Origin: Lytechinus pictus
Taxonomy: Eukaryota
Assembly (NCBI RefSeq): GCF_037042905.1
Contig: NC_087251.1
Location: 40,674,001 to 40,738,000 of the forward strand
Length of the DNA stretch: 64,000 bases
Direction: 5' to 3'
Shown here: positions 37,601 to 52,600 of the stretch, in pieces
How the letters are laid out: every line of letters starts with the position of its first letter
Position numbering within the stretch: position 1 is the first letter of the stretch
Translations under genes and position numbers: made by a program
The notes under the pieces: generated by a model
The model's input: only the letters and a program-made list of their open reading frames with translations
Told to the model about the DNA's origin: nothing
The model's database searches: none

Positions 37601-40600
37601 TCATAACTTTCTTAGTGTAGTAGGTTTCACGGTACACCATGTATCTTTCTTGGGCATATGTTGGTCCTGAAAAGGACCACCCAATCTCTTTCTTGTTCTT
37701 TGTCCAATATTGTTCAAACTTTTACCTATCAACTTGTCTGATTTTTCTTTTCCTTATAAAAACAAATTTTTATTTGGTTTGGATTCCCCTTTAACATCAG
37801 TCTGCTCTTATATAGTTGATCAGTGGTGCAATGGCTTTGTGCAATTTCAATATTACCCCCTTAATTTACTTACAGATAAACTATTAAGATAATTCTGGTT
37901 TGAAATCCCCCTGTTTTCTTGCTTTGAAATGTTTTGTGGGCATTTGGCATACCGACCAAGGAAGGCAGTTAGAAAAAAATACAGTTTTACTTATTAAGTT
38001 CTTGTTTGATATCATCATTCATCAGTTAACCATCACATTGGTCAAATCGATAACTCCTTGGTCAAATCCTGCAAGGGGGTTTGGACTATTGTCCCCCCTT
38101 TCCAATCTAGACTAAGGATTTTGCCTGATCAATGAAGTCACACTACCCAGAGCTTGACAGACCAAAAGCATGTTGTTTAGTTTTTACTCGCGCTTTCATT
38201 AAAAATATGTATGCGCCAATCAAAATAATCTTTTCATTTGAAAATAATGTTTTTATTTTATGATTTTCAGCAGATAAGGCCTTATCTCAACCCAGGTGAG
38301 GTAAATGGGTACCGGTAGGAAGTAATTCCTTAAAAAGCTGTGTGCGCTATGAACGCCTAGCTTAGCCGGGTAATATAGGAGCGCCTTGAGCACCTAACAA
38401 GGTGGATATGTGCGCAATATAAATACCCTATATTATTATTATTATTATTATTATGTTTTAAAAGATTTTGAGAACATTCTGTGTAAGCCTACAGTATGGA
38501 TTCAAAGTAAATCAGCAGTGGGACCAACCTAATATTGAATATAGATTTGAACTCAAATCATTTGAGATGAAAAAAAAATCTTAAAGATTCAAACTACATC
38601 ATGAGTGTAACTGGCCACTAATCATAGCCGAGCTGGATTCTTTTCAAAACCTGCTAGAGCTGATATTTTACATCTTGAGTAACGTCAGTCTTGGTTAGAA
38701 TTGAACCCCCTTTTTGCCGACCAGACAGAAGTTTCGGCTGGCCAAAACTATTTCATATCTAAACTATGGCTGGATTGGCTGACCAAACAGCCGTGAGAAA
38801 CAACCCTTTCCATTCTTTTGTAAATGGCATGGTGTCCACATAATGGTAGTGGTCAGGCGTATACCCATTTAACATTTAAATTCAATCTCCATAGACTTGT
38901 TCTTTGCACATCCAGTTTGGTAAGCAATGGATTAATACCTGTGTTTTTTTTTTCTGTTTTTTTGTTTGTCTTAACAGGCGCAAAGTGCTTCAGATCCATT
39001 TATCAGATGGTATTCATGATCTAGGTGGAATGAATTGGCAGCTCCTCCTGTGCTTAATTCTCTCATGGGTTCTCATCTATCTATGTATTTGTAAAGGAGT
39101 CAAAAGTTCTGGAAAGGTAAACTATCGAAACCTTCCTATACTGTCTGATAAAACCTTCCACCTGGTCTACTTTGGTTTAGTCTCATCCCACATGGTCTAA
39201 CCTCAGATCATCTAAAACCAGTTCATCTTGTAACACTTTGGTCATATTGCCATTCAGCTCATTTACACAGTAAAAAAAAATAGTACGTTGTTTAAGCCTG
39301 TCGCTCTAACAACAAGTTGTTTAAACTTTTTTTTATTGTTTAAACTTTTAAACAACTTGTTTAAACTTTTTAAGCAACTTGTTTAAAATGCTTAAACAGT
39401 TGTTTAAAAGTTTAAACAGTAGTTGTTAGAGTGACGGGCTTAAACAACGTGTTTAAAATTTTAAACAGCGTTTTTACAGTGTACTTATTTGTTTAATTTT
39501 CAGTTAGCGTCTACCAATTTCATCTAATATCTACTTGGTCTATTTATTAGATAATCTGTTATGAACCAAGTCTTCATTTGACCAAGTGCAAAATGATTAG
39601 TAGATGAAATAGATCATCCAGGCATTAGAGTATATGGGTGTTAGACCAAGTGTGGTGTAGACCTAATAGTATTTGGGCCAGATTGATAGTAGACCAAATG
39701 GGTTGAGCCCAAGTGGTATAAGACTATCTGAGAAGTGGACCAATTGCTTGTATACCAATCTTTGTTACTGCCATTTTTGGGATGGTTTCTTTGTGTGTAT
39801 TTTGTCACGGTCTCAATCATCCGACTATGGTCATATAGTCCTAAGATCCTTATCTGCTTTTGCTGAGGCCTGCTCTAATTCATTCTGCAAATTTGTTACT
39901 TGATCTACTTTACTGTATAGAACTGTTTTTCAATCATTCTCTTGGCACAACTAATACCAGCAGCCCAGCATATGACTTTATTCATCTTTTGTGCAGTTGC
40001 ACTAGACTCGATCCTCTATTCACAGCCTTTAGGCAATGTTTAAAGGACAAGTCCACCCCACCAAAAAATTGATTTGAATAAAAGAGAAAAAGTCAAACAA
40101 GCTTAACACTGACAATTTCATCAAAATCGGATGTAAAATAAGAAAGTTATGACATTTTAAAGTTTCGCTTATTTTTCACTAAACAGTTATATGCACATCC
40201 TGGTCTGTATAAGTGAGGGGACTGATGACATCACCCACTCGCTATTTTTTTTGGTATTTTATTATATGAAATATGAAATATTTCAAATTTCTCCCAATTG
40301 TCATGAGAACATATGGATTACCATTGTTTTAATATTTTGTGGTTCAACCAAGAGGGTCCTTATTGTCAAATCTGTGAAAATTGAAATATTGTATAATTCA
40401 AACAATAAAAAACAAAAGAAATAGTGAGTGACATTATCAACTCTTTCATTTACATATCACTGAGTTGTGCATGTAACTGTTGTGAAAAATAATCAAAATA
40501 TTATAATATCATAACTTTCTTATTTTACATCCGATTTTGATTTTTTTTGGGGGGGGGTTGGACTTGCCCCTTAATTTGCACAATTGGAATTTTATTATGA

Positions 40601-43600
40601 GAATTTTCTGTAGTTTTACAATAGATCATCATCACTGAAATGAATGATTGTCCTAACTATTTCTGCCTGAAATTGAATATTTTTTTTTGTTTTGTCTTTT
40701 TTTTCTTAAAAAGGGAGTTGTCTTTGACCCCTAAGTTTTGTTTATTAATCTTTAATAGCATAGATCATTGGGTGATTTCAACAGATGAACAGTAACTTTT
40801 GAATAGTTCCAATATTTGTTCCACATTTGTTGTGAGAAAGGGATATAGAAATATGAATATTACACCAGGAACCTTGAAGAAATCAGTTATGTCATTACCT
40901 GTCTGAAATTTCTTTGGATAATATTCCTTAAAGGTCAAGTCCACCCCAGAAAATTGTTGATTTGAATAAATAGAGAAAAATTAAACTCGCATAGTGCTGA
41001 AAATTTCATCAAAATCGGATGTAAAATAAGAAAGTTATGACATTTAAAGTTTCGCTTATTTTTCACAAAACAGTAATATGCACAACTAGGTGATTTAGTC
41101 AATGATGTCCATCACTCACTATTTCTTTTGTTTTTTTTATTGTTTGGATTATACAATATTTCATTTTTTTATATAGATTTGACAATAATGACCAACTTGA
41201 CTGAACCATATAGTATTAAACAATGCCAACTCCACATGTTTAGAGAGGAATTGATCGTTGTATCACTTGACAATGAGGAGAAAATTCGAATATTTCATAT
41301 TTGATATAATACAAAAGAAATAGTTAGTGGATGACGGCATCAGTCCCCTCATTTGCATATCGACCAGGACATTCATATAACTTTCTGTGAAATTAAGCGA
41401 AAGTTTAAAATGCCATAACTTTCTCATTTTACATCCAATTTTGATGAAATGTTCATTGTTATGCTTGTTGGATTTTTCTCTTTTTATTCAAACCAACTTT
41501 TTGAGGGGGTGGACTTGTCCTTTAAGTGATTGAATAGTGTACAAATTATTTGAAGAAAAAAAAACCATAATAAATACATGTATTTATCCTTCTGAGGCAA
41601 GTCAAAATTATCAAATATTGATATTTCCCACAAAATTTGTGGATTTAGATTAATTTTGAAATTGTCCCACCTCACTGTAATTCATCCGAAATTATGTTAA
41701 GATTTGAAAATCACTTTCTTACAAGAGATTAAATTAGTTGTACACACTCAGCTTGGTTCAGGTGTGTAAATTACATAGAACTTACTTATTTTACTTTAAA
41801 GCCTGATCTATCTCATCACAATGTTTTCAGTAGATTTTGAACATTGATATAGTATGGGGGTCAAAGAGGAAAGATCCTTTAATATACTTGGTAAAAAATG
41901 GATATATGAAAGTCGTGTTTAATCTGGAAAGATTACCTGAAATAGTTTGCTGTAAGAAAGAAATGGATTATATTACATTATTAGTTTGATTGTTACATTT
42001 TACAATTAATTTTGAAGTTCATTTCACCTAAGAATTTTGACAGATATATGTTTTTATAGTGATTTTTAAAACTTGATTGTTCACTTTATTTTTTCCCATT
42101 GCATGATTTATTTGATATTTTATCCTTATATTACCAGTACATCTATTTTAAGAACAAAACATTTAAAAATTAAACATAACATTTGAAAGATTTATATATG
42201 GTATCTTACAGGTAACTAATTGATTAATAATTACTCCCAAATATTAATGAACTAGAACTATCAATAATTCCTTTTAAATAATAAACAAATTTAAGGAAAA
42301 AATATGATTTGTTCTTTGACAGAATTTGACTTATATCCATATGCACCTCTGGAAGTACTTAGTTTATTTTGCTATAATCTAGATAAGTAGTGCCAATATC
42401 AAATTCAAGTAGGTATATATTTGAACATTGTTAATACCTGATTGTAGATAAGATATTCCTGAATTCATATCATAAATTACATATTTATGGCTGGATTTAT
42501 AATAAAACACCATGTGTGTGATAAAATCAGCATCATGTGATGATTATACATAACCCCCCCTCTCCTTTTAAAGTTACTTTATGCGTACATGCATCTACAT
42601 GTACTCTCTTTCTCTGTCTCCTCTACCCACATGTACATGTATGTACATGAATTTAATATATCATATATGTATATCATCATTTTACTGTTTTTAAACATAA
42701 TTTACAGCTACAGTTGCAATTTAAAAGGTATACTTTTACGTACGGTATTACTGAAAAGATAAAGAATAGCCATCTAGATACATTATAGTGCTGGGCAATA
42801 TTTTTGTATTGACGTATATATATATACTGGTAAAAGAAATTTCTGAGTATTCTTATGGTGTTATCGGATAGTTTGCTGGTGATAATCAACTAACATTAAA
42901 ATATCAACTAGCACTAATTGTACTGACATCCAGAGAGCATGCAGCCAATACGGCTTGCTGCATCTCAAGAATGAAATGTTATCACACGAACCATGGTACA
43001 TCTATCAATAGTTGAACTTTCCATAAACAACATATCAAATGTTATAGTGATGGGTAGATTCTAGAGGGATGTCATTCCTTGCAAGGAATATATGTTACAA
43101 ACGTGCTTCTTGAAGGTAACTCATGTTGAGTTACAAACGTACATGCTTCTTGAAGGCAACTCATGGGAAAGACTTGGATTAAGGGTTACGTGCAGTGTTC
43201 GTAGGTCAGAGAGGTGTAAATTCCATAACCTTATCCATTCATATCAAAGACGATACTGCAATAAATCAAGCCAGCAAAAAAATTGTTTAGGGGGTTATTT
43301 TGCACACAGAAGGTGGTGCTGCACCATCCCGAGTTTGCTCAATCTCGAGATTTTAGCCCGATCGGCCCTGTTCGCGATTAATCTCGAGATTCAAGAAACC
43401 CCGTCTCCACCATCGCAAGAAGAGCGATTCCTCTCGAGCGAGGCATCGATGCATTATGGTCTGACGCCGTGAATAAATAATCCCGAGTGCGTCTGCACCG
43501 ACGAATAATAATCCCAAGTTTACTTGCGATTGCAATCTCGAGATTAATCCTACGAACTAGCGCGATAATTGCGTCTCCATTGCAAATAATCTCGAGATTG

Positions 43601-46600
43601 TTCAGATCGGGATAATTTGCCGGATCAGAAATAGCGCGCTAATTTGAAAACTTGGGATGGTGCAGACGGCCCTAATGAAAAAAATAGTTGTATGTTAATA
43701 ATCCAATTATAGCAATTATTGTTCATTTTGGTATACCTCATAGCAGCTAGTCTAAAGGGGATGTTACTGGTTCCCAAACTTGTTTTTGGTGAGCTGACTG
43801 TTGCCAAGTATATGGTAATGGTTATCGCCTGTACAGTATGTGGAAATGGGGAGGCTTAGCGAATCAGGAACTCAAATTTACTGTGTAAGTTTCTTTCCTT
43901 GGGACACATTGCATTGACCTGTTTTAAGGGGGGGTGTCACCCTGACAAAAAGTTTTTTTTATATATACAGCAGAAATGAAATACGTTGAAGGTTTGAAGA
44001 AAATTATTAGAATTTTAATTTTTTATTTGTGACGTCATTGGCTATACGAGCAGCTGCCCCATATGTGTCCGACTGACACAAATTGTCAATATCCTGAGAA
44101 AGAAAAAATATATATTTTACATGTATGTTCATTGGAGAATTATGCTTCTCATGCTAATTACATAAATGTCACTGCATTAAAAGGAAAACCATTGTCATGA
44201 ATGTATTTCTCGTCATAGAAAACCATAGAAGAGATGTATGATTTAGTGTTTTCTGTATATACATTCACAAAAGGGTCTATATATTACACTTATGCTAATA
44301 AGCTCATTATGCTAATTATGCCAATAACAATGGATGCTTTAATTTATACTTAAAAATAAAAAACTATGATAATGATTGAATTCCTCGTCACTGGAACCCT
44401 TAGAAAAATTGTATCATTTATATTTTCAATCTTTCTGGTTTAAGATTTGATAGCATACTACATTAAAGAAAAATTATACTAATTCAAATAATTGCCCAAG
44501 ATTGGCAAGGTGGCAACCAAGCTAAATTTACTTCAAAACCCATCTAGAACACAAATCAACCAAAACACCTTGCGCTCAACAACTTTTCTAGGTCATGTTC
44601 ATGGGCTATGGGGCTGTCTACTGACTATATCGGTTAAACTGGCAATTAAAGCTTTGGATCAAAAGAACCAGCCAGACAGAAAGGAATATTATCGTATAAA
44701 ACATGAATGAGATTAAGGGTGCAGTTTTATTTTGCTTCTGATAAATGGAATGAAAAAACTCTGTCAGTAACGGTTTCTCTAATGTTGATGTCTATCTAAA
44801 GAATAACTTTATCAGGGTTCATGATTCCTTTGATGGTTCAACAACATCTCTTGAGAGTATGATAACTTAGTAATTGTTCCTCTAATGATATAGATGGGAT
44901 TGGTTTACGGCACACCATATCTGAAAGTATTTCTCAAAGGGTATCTGAGATTCTGATAACTTTGTCAGGAATGGTTCCTTTGATAGCATGCTATATTTGA
45001 GTGTGTGATTATTCAACCAGGAAGGGTTCCTCTGATGGTTCAACCACAATTCTGAGGGTTTGATGATGGTTCACCTGCATCTCTTACATGTAGAACTCAA
45101 TCAGGAAGAGTTCCTATAATGGTACACCATTCCTGAGAGTGTTAGAAAATTGGCATTAATGCTTCCTGGAAGGTTTCAGCTACATACCTTTAAGAATAAA
45201 ATAGGAATGATTTCTTTAGTCATACACCTGCATCTTTAAGAGCATGATAACCCATCTGGGAATGACGTCTCTGATATTTTCATGTGATTACAGTAAATAA
45301 TTGTTATACTGCAAATCAGAGGTTATAAACTCAGAAAAATAATTATTCCTCATACACTTGCTCAGTTGCTAATGGGTTAACTTTGATAATGGAGTCCTGA
45401 CCTGAGCATAGATCTAAGATTGTGATAAACACCAAACAGAAAATTACACAACTAGGCATATTCTTGCACATTTATCAGAGTATCTTATGGTTTTAAATAC
45501 AAATCAGATAGCTGCAAGTCAATCTGTTGTCTCTTTGTATTTATCTTTTTAGACCTTTGGCAAATATTAGAATTGAATAGGCATTGAGTCTATTGGCCAG
45601 GTCTGTATTGGCTATACAAGGTATTTCACAAATGGGCCCAAGTAAAAAAAAAAAAAACTGTTCTTAATACCAATATCCATATGCTTTAACTTGCAAATTG
45701 TATGATGATTATCATTTGACTGTATGGATGCAAATGATTCCACTTGTTTGTCTGTACTCATGTAGAATTCATTTGAAAAGTCATGTATTTTTAATCCTTA
45801 CTTATAAACTATTGAAATATATTTTGCAGAACATTATTCTTCCAGTGTTATCAATTGCCATGCAGATATACATTTTTTTTTGCATTTGTTATTGCTATGC
45901 AACAGCTTCATGGGGGGGGGGGGGAACTTGAAGAAATATACCACCCTTTCACACGGTACCAAAATCGTTATTTGAATGATTCCAGTGAAAAATAATTCTA
46001 ATGATGATTTTTAGCACGTGTGAAACAATCTCGAATCACGAACGCTAATCACAATCACAAATTCAAATTCCACTCCAGAGGTGAATTCCAGATAAGTTTC
46101 ACTCAAATTACGGTACAAATGTTTCGTCTGAAAAAGGTTGACCTTCAAAACATCTTTTGGGGGCGGAGCTTACGTGACCTTTCAAGCACTTCCGTATTAT
46201 TGTCATGTACTCATTGTAGTTTGTATTGGTGTTGCAGTGCTTTGATTGACAAGGATGCAATACCGCCTTCGTTCAGGAATTTAAATTCAAATTTTCAAGT
46301 GAACGTGTGAATGGTACGATGATTCTAAAGATGAATTGCAATCGTCAGATTCTCGTGTGAAAAGGCCAATAGTCTGATGTAAAACATTTGACTGAACTTG
46401 AGCTTTTACGACCAAACATATTTTTTATATTTCTCTGACATAGGAATAAATTTGCAAAATATCTTTGCTTAACTTCATAGATTACTGAATATGCTAGTAT
46501 AATCAAATGCGATATGAACATAATAAATAATCAATGTTTAACTTTCTTTCAGGTTGTGTACTTCACAGCTACCTTCCCATATGTTCTTCTCACCATTCTA

Positions 46601-49600
46601 CTGATACGAGCCGTCACATTAGAGGATGCCATTGATGGTATTTACTTCTACTTAAAGCCAGATATTAAGAGGCTTGGAGATAGTCAGGTACCAATTTCTT
46701 ACATTTCCAAAAGTTAATGTTTAGCAGAAAAATCAGTTGTGAATATCTTGGAATTAACAAAAGAATATATTTTATATGTTTATGATACCTGAAAGGTCTT
46801 TGATAGATATACATTTATCTTGAAAATGAGTTCATGTGCTTAAAAGTATACATTTACTATGATCTCAAGCAGGTATATACCATGAAATATGTTTATTCTT
46901 ATAAATTATTATAGTCTAGATTTAAGACAGTTGAACTGGATGAGTACTTCTCTCCTTTCACAGATTGTTGTGTAATAATCTTCCAATATACCAACATAAA
47001 TATTTTAAAATGATTTAGTGAATGTTGCGTTTTGTTTCCTGAACTGTATATGCAGCACTTTTTATTTCACAAGGAAGTTCACCTGGTGATAGATATTTAT
47101 CAGGAAGTTCATTTTTAGAACATAGCATGATCCAATGGCTCACTAATCTATTTCCTTTCACTGCTAAACAGTTGATATCATTTTTCTCTAATTCTTGAAT
47201 TTTTAAAATATTTTTTTTCCTAATTATAATCAAATTATTATTGTTTATTTATTTATTTTTGGAGGGAGGGGGAGGGCCGGGGCAGAGGTTTAGATTGTTT
47301 TTGTAATTTAAAGGACAAGTCCACCTGAACTAAAAGTTGATTTGAATAAAAAGAGAAAAAGCAACAAGCATAACACTGAAAATTCATTAAAATTGAATAT
47401 GAAATAGGGAATTTTAAATTTTCGCTTTCATTATATGTATGAAATACAAAATATTTTTATTTTCTCCCCATTGTCATGTGAAACAAAGTTTAATTCCTCC
47501 CTGAACATGTGGGATTACTTGTTTTAACATTTTGTGCTTCAGTCAAATTGGTCATTGTTGTCAAATCTTTCACATTGAAATATAGTATAATTCAAACAAT
47601 AAAAAATATATGAATAGTGAGCGAGGGGCATCATTGACTTTCTCATAATTTGCATATCACAGAGCTGTACATATCACTGTTTTGTGAAAAATAACTTTCT
47701 GAGTGTACATCAATTTTTTTTCATGATGAAATGTTCAACGTTATGCTTGTTTGAGTTTTCTTTATTGATTCATATCAACATTTTTCTGGGGTGGAATTTG
47801 ATAAAGATAATGTAAAAAGAAATTAACTCTGAACCGCAAATCTCTCATCGGATTTATGCAAGATATTTTATTCTCACATATTATTGTACAGTGAGTCACA
47901 ATCTATACTACTGCTAATGAATAGTATTCCCCCTAAAACAGAATTCCTTTGCGCATATTGAATCTTATGTGACCCTTTACATGGGAAGAGTCCTACATAT
48001 AGATCTTGAATTGTTCTCTTTAATTCATTCTCTTTAATTCATATTATGAGAGTAGAGTGTCATAAATCTTCAGGCTGAAAAGAATGTGGACGATGCTGAG
48101 AAAAACACGAGTGGAATCTTAATTTAAACTTTGATCTTGCAGTTGGCAATGATGGTTCAGCTACTTTCAGTATCTCAAGAAATTTTTGTTTTCAAACTCA
48201 AATCAAATCAATTGAACTTCATTAATAAATGGTTGTTTTAATTTAAATCTCAAATCAAAGTAAATCAAATCATTAATATTGAGTAAAGAATTGATTTTTT
48301 GACTTAATATGTTGATCAAATATATCATCCTATCATATTGTATATGCTTTGCAATTATGCATACAAAATTTGTAAAAACACTTCACTGAACACCTTTAAC
48401 ACTGATTCTTACAGCTAATACAGCCTATGCAGCTTTGTACTATTAAACCCCTCAAAAAAGTTTGGAAATCTGAGTTTGGCCATTAATTTCTCCCGGGGGG
48501 GGGGGGGGGCACTCAAATATATTGCTGTACACACGCGTGACCAAAAAAACACGGTTAAAGGGGTGTTTTTTAAGTTTTGGACGATGTCCGTGCGCGGAAT
48601 CGTTCAGGGTATCAAAATCACCAATTTACAAAAAAAGGTGGTTTTGAAAGACTGGTCAATGGTAAATCGCGGGGTGAAACGTATTTAGGGTATGTTTTTC
48701 CCTCAAAGCTTTTTTTTAGACTAGCCAAACATGTTTAGGGTATGCTTTTTCCCCGAGGTCAACTTGTTAGGGGCCAAAATGCGTAAATAACGCCCGCTAA
48801 AAACTTGTTTAGGGGGTGTTTGGAAATTACGTGGTCACGCGTGTGTACAGCAATATATTTGACTGCCCCCCCCCCCCGGAATTTTTCCCAACTCCCAATT
48901 TTACACAATGCATATTTGATATCATTCAAAAGATCATTTAATTCTCTTTAAAATGATACCATGCTTGTTATGATCATGCCATCATGAAAAGAGCAGGATT
49001 CAAAAGAGTTGAATGAGGTCTGAATTGAAAAGCTGCAAAACGAGCAGAAATAGTCATGAAGGATCAATACAGAACGTGATTCTTTTGTCTGTGTAAATAG
49101 AGATGAAAATCCATTCAAATCAAGCCCCTGCTTCTTCATTTTTGATGTTTTGTTATGTAGTGATGGTTCTGTGAGATAACATGGTTTGAGTCTGGTTTGA
49201 AATGTTTGTTTGTTATGTGTTTGCTTGTGCAGAGGTGTGTTTGATTCCATGTTAATGTTGATGTTAAGGTGCATGAAAACAATTTAAAGAAACCGCTCAG
49301 AAACTCATCACCACGGAAAAAAGAACAGTGACTTTCAATATTGTGTCATTTTGCAACTTTTGGATTTTGACCTTGCCCCACATTTCAAGGCACTGCACCT
49401 CCATGTGAACCATAATCATATCATGTAGGGTTTCATTTTAAAGAGAATTAAATGATCTATTCATTGATATTAATTGCACATTGATATTTACTACAACCAA
49501 GGAGGGATTATCGATCAAAGTCAGATTTCCAAACTTTTTGTTAGGAGTTTATATTTCACCTTAGTTTTTACCTGTATTTACAATGTACAGTATATCACTC

Positions 49601-52600
49601 ATTCTGTTTTATGGTAGTTTTGCTTAGAGACTTCCAGAGACTCAACTCTTATACTAGGTGTTAGTCAATTAAAGCTTCACCACTTTGATGTTTATTGTGA
49701 TTGATGTATATTTATGATATACCATAATCAAATAGTTAGTTTTGGTTTCTGGTTTATTATTAATGTTGTGCCATATTAGATGTAAATGCAGACACTTTAT
49801 GAATGTCATGTATTATCATTTCGTGAATGATTTCATAAATGGTAGGATCGAAAGTAATATTTTAAAAAAGAATGTGATAAAATCACACTGCCCCCAACGA
49901 GGGTTTAAGGCTAATGAGAGATTATATGAGATTGTTACATTGCCTCAACAAGGCAGGGTACTGGGATCAAAACCTGGTCAGGGTAGTGTAATTTTTTCAC
50001 ATTTTTTTTCTTTCAGATTTAAACCCAGATTCATTTTGATTATTGATCCATCTGTGAATAATTAGTTTCAATAAAATATTAATGCCTCATTTCCTTGTCT
50101 TTGTTTTGTTTTGTTTCTTTGATCTTATTTCATTTAGGTTTGGATGGATGCTGCAACACAGATCTTCTTCTCCTATTCTATTGGTCTTGGCACCATGGCT
50201 GCTCTTGGCAGTTATAATAAATTTAATGTCAATTTCGTCAGGTAAATCAGTCAAAAAATCATTATTGGCTCAGTGGATAGGTTAGGATAGGAAATTAACA
50301 TAAGGAACTTGTTTGTGTTATGTTTTCTCCATTTTTTTTTTCTTTATTTAATTATTTTTTATTGGGCCCTTTTTCCTCTCCAAAGCCTCTTTAAGTTACA
50401 TTTAGGGCTTTATGTATCAATTGGGATGTAATACCTCTATAATTATTTTGGGAAGTTCACACACTCGACTCACATGGGTGAAGGAATGTTCTGCTGAAAT
50501 TTCTTTTTAATTCTTTTGGTGTTCCCTGGTAATTCTTTGATAGTTACCCACAAATTGTTTAATTTTACCGGAAAAAATGTGAATTTGTCTTCCTAATCAA
50601 AGAATCTGATATATCCAATTATGGTTCTTGTTTTATTTGAGATAAATGTAAGAATCATGAGCAGAAGGACCAATCACAAGGGTTTGTGAACTTCCATCTC
50701 ATTACCATTTGACACAATCTGATGTTTTACTCCCAATCGTCTTTGAATATAGGGATGCAGTCATTTTCGCCTGTACAAACAGTGGCACAAGTCTGTACTC
50801 TGGTTTTGTGATTTTCTCCGTTTTGGGCTTCATGGCTGGCAGGCAGGGGGTTGAAGTTGAGGACGTTGCAACGTCAGGTAATTCTTAAAGCAGAACCAAG
50901 CTAAAAAAAAACACACAAAAAACAGTGAGTATCTCTCAGTCATCGCAGACCTGGACACCCTGGACGAGAAGCAGAGAGAGAGATCTCACTGTCAGGTATT
51001 TGTGTAGAGCCACCAAGCTACTTCTTCTGCTCGGTTTTCTGCTTATTAGCTAATGGGCGTGAACTTCTTGCATTTTTCTTGGCATTTTTTTCATTAAGGT
51101 ATATACATTACTTATTCATACATGAAACACATTTATACATGTATATGAATTAACACGATTCTAATCACTTACCAGGCCAAAATATTTAATTGAGAAAAAG
51201 TTGTGTTTATACACTACCCAATTACACAACTTTTATTCTAGTGGGTTTTCACAAAAAAAGGACTTCTGCCAATTAAAATATCTTGGTTGAAAGCCGATAA
51301 CATCAGTTTACAAGAGTAGTTATTATATTACAATCAGATGTGACATTAATAAGACATGGAAGATAAACAAATTTCTTTGATTATGGAATCATTTTAAAGC
51401 ATAAATCAACTATGCATCATCATGATAACAATATCTATTTTTTTTACATTTACCATCATCCTTATCAAAGATGAAAATATTAAATATATAATTAGTTATT
51501 ATTATTGTTTCAAAGTAAAATCAATAATTTTTGTTTCATTTTCAAAATATGGCTTATCCTTTTAAAGAGATGTACTTTTAAGCAATGATTTTGTTTACTC
51601 TGTTACATTATTTGATTCTTTAACTGGAATACCAATCCTAAAACTAAACCATCAAGATTTATTTTATTCTACATGAAACTTTCAAAGTATCAGTTGAAAT
51701 CGGTTTCCTATCTTATATTAAAGCATTATCCATAGCAGAAAAGGATTTTAGCCACACAATTATCACCCTTTTCTATTTCATATTATTTATAATAGGCATT
51801 TAAAGAACACGAATGAATTCAATTTTCAGCAATTTTTCTTACATTATAATTCATTTCATAGGCAGCCATTACATAACTCAGTATCTCATGTACACATCAG
51901 TATATGCACGTCTCATATTCATACAATTACCATGGTAACATTTCCTTCTTGTTTTTGCAAAGTTTTGGATCCCCTTTTTGGGGGTTGTTGATCAGTACAT
52001 ATTTTGCTGACGAGATTATTCTGGTTTAAACCTTACAAACCTCTGTTTGTAAGCCTTGCATTTTGGTGGCTGAAGTGAATTTTGACTGCACTTTTTACAG
52101 TGCTTTGTTAGACGATTGAGAACTTTTGGTTGACAATTTTCACCGGGGAAGGAATTTTGGTACAATGAATGGGTTCCTATGGAACTCAAACTTAGGCAGA
52201 GATTTTTGGGATTTTGAATATATTACAGTTGAGAAATTGAACTTTTGGTCATTGGATGGGGCTTATCCATTCAGTTTTTAATTAGCTAGGCATGAGTTTT
52301 GATTCCTGCCATGCCATGGATTTTCACTTTTGTCTGTAACGAATCTTAATACCCATTTTTTTTATTTTGTTCATACTTTTTGAGAAGCAATTTATTTCTC
52401 TTTTGGAAGAAATGTATACCCATTCTGAAATGTTTTTTTTTTTATTGTGGGGGCGTCGTGGTCTAGTGGTTATGACTCAAGTCTTTCAATCTAAAGGGAC
52501 GTGGGTTCGGTTCCCAGCCATGGTGTGTTTTCCTTCAGCAAGAAATTTACCCACATTGTGCTGCACTCAACCCAGGTGAGGTGAATGGATACCTGGAAGG

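Noticed and set aside
50949..50995. Cryptic exon in intron 7 (cag|...|gtattt)
   Set aside because: 47 nt would frameshift, the donor is weak, and exons 7 and 8 already join with no missing SLC6 sequence
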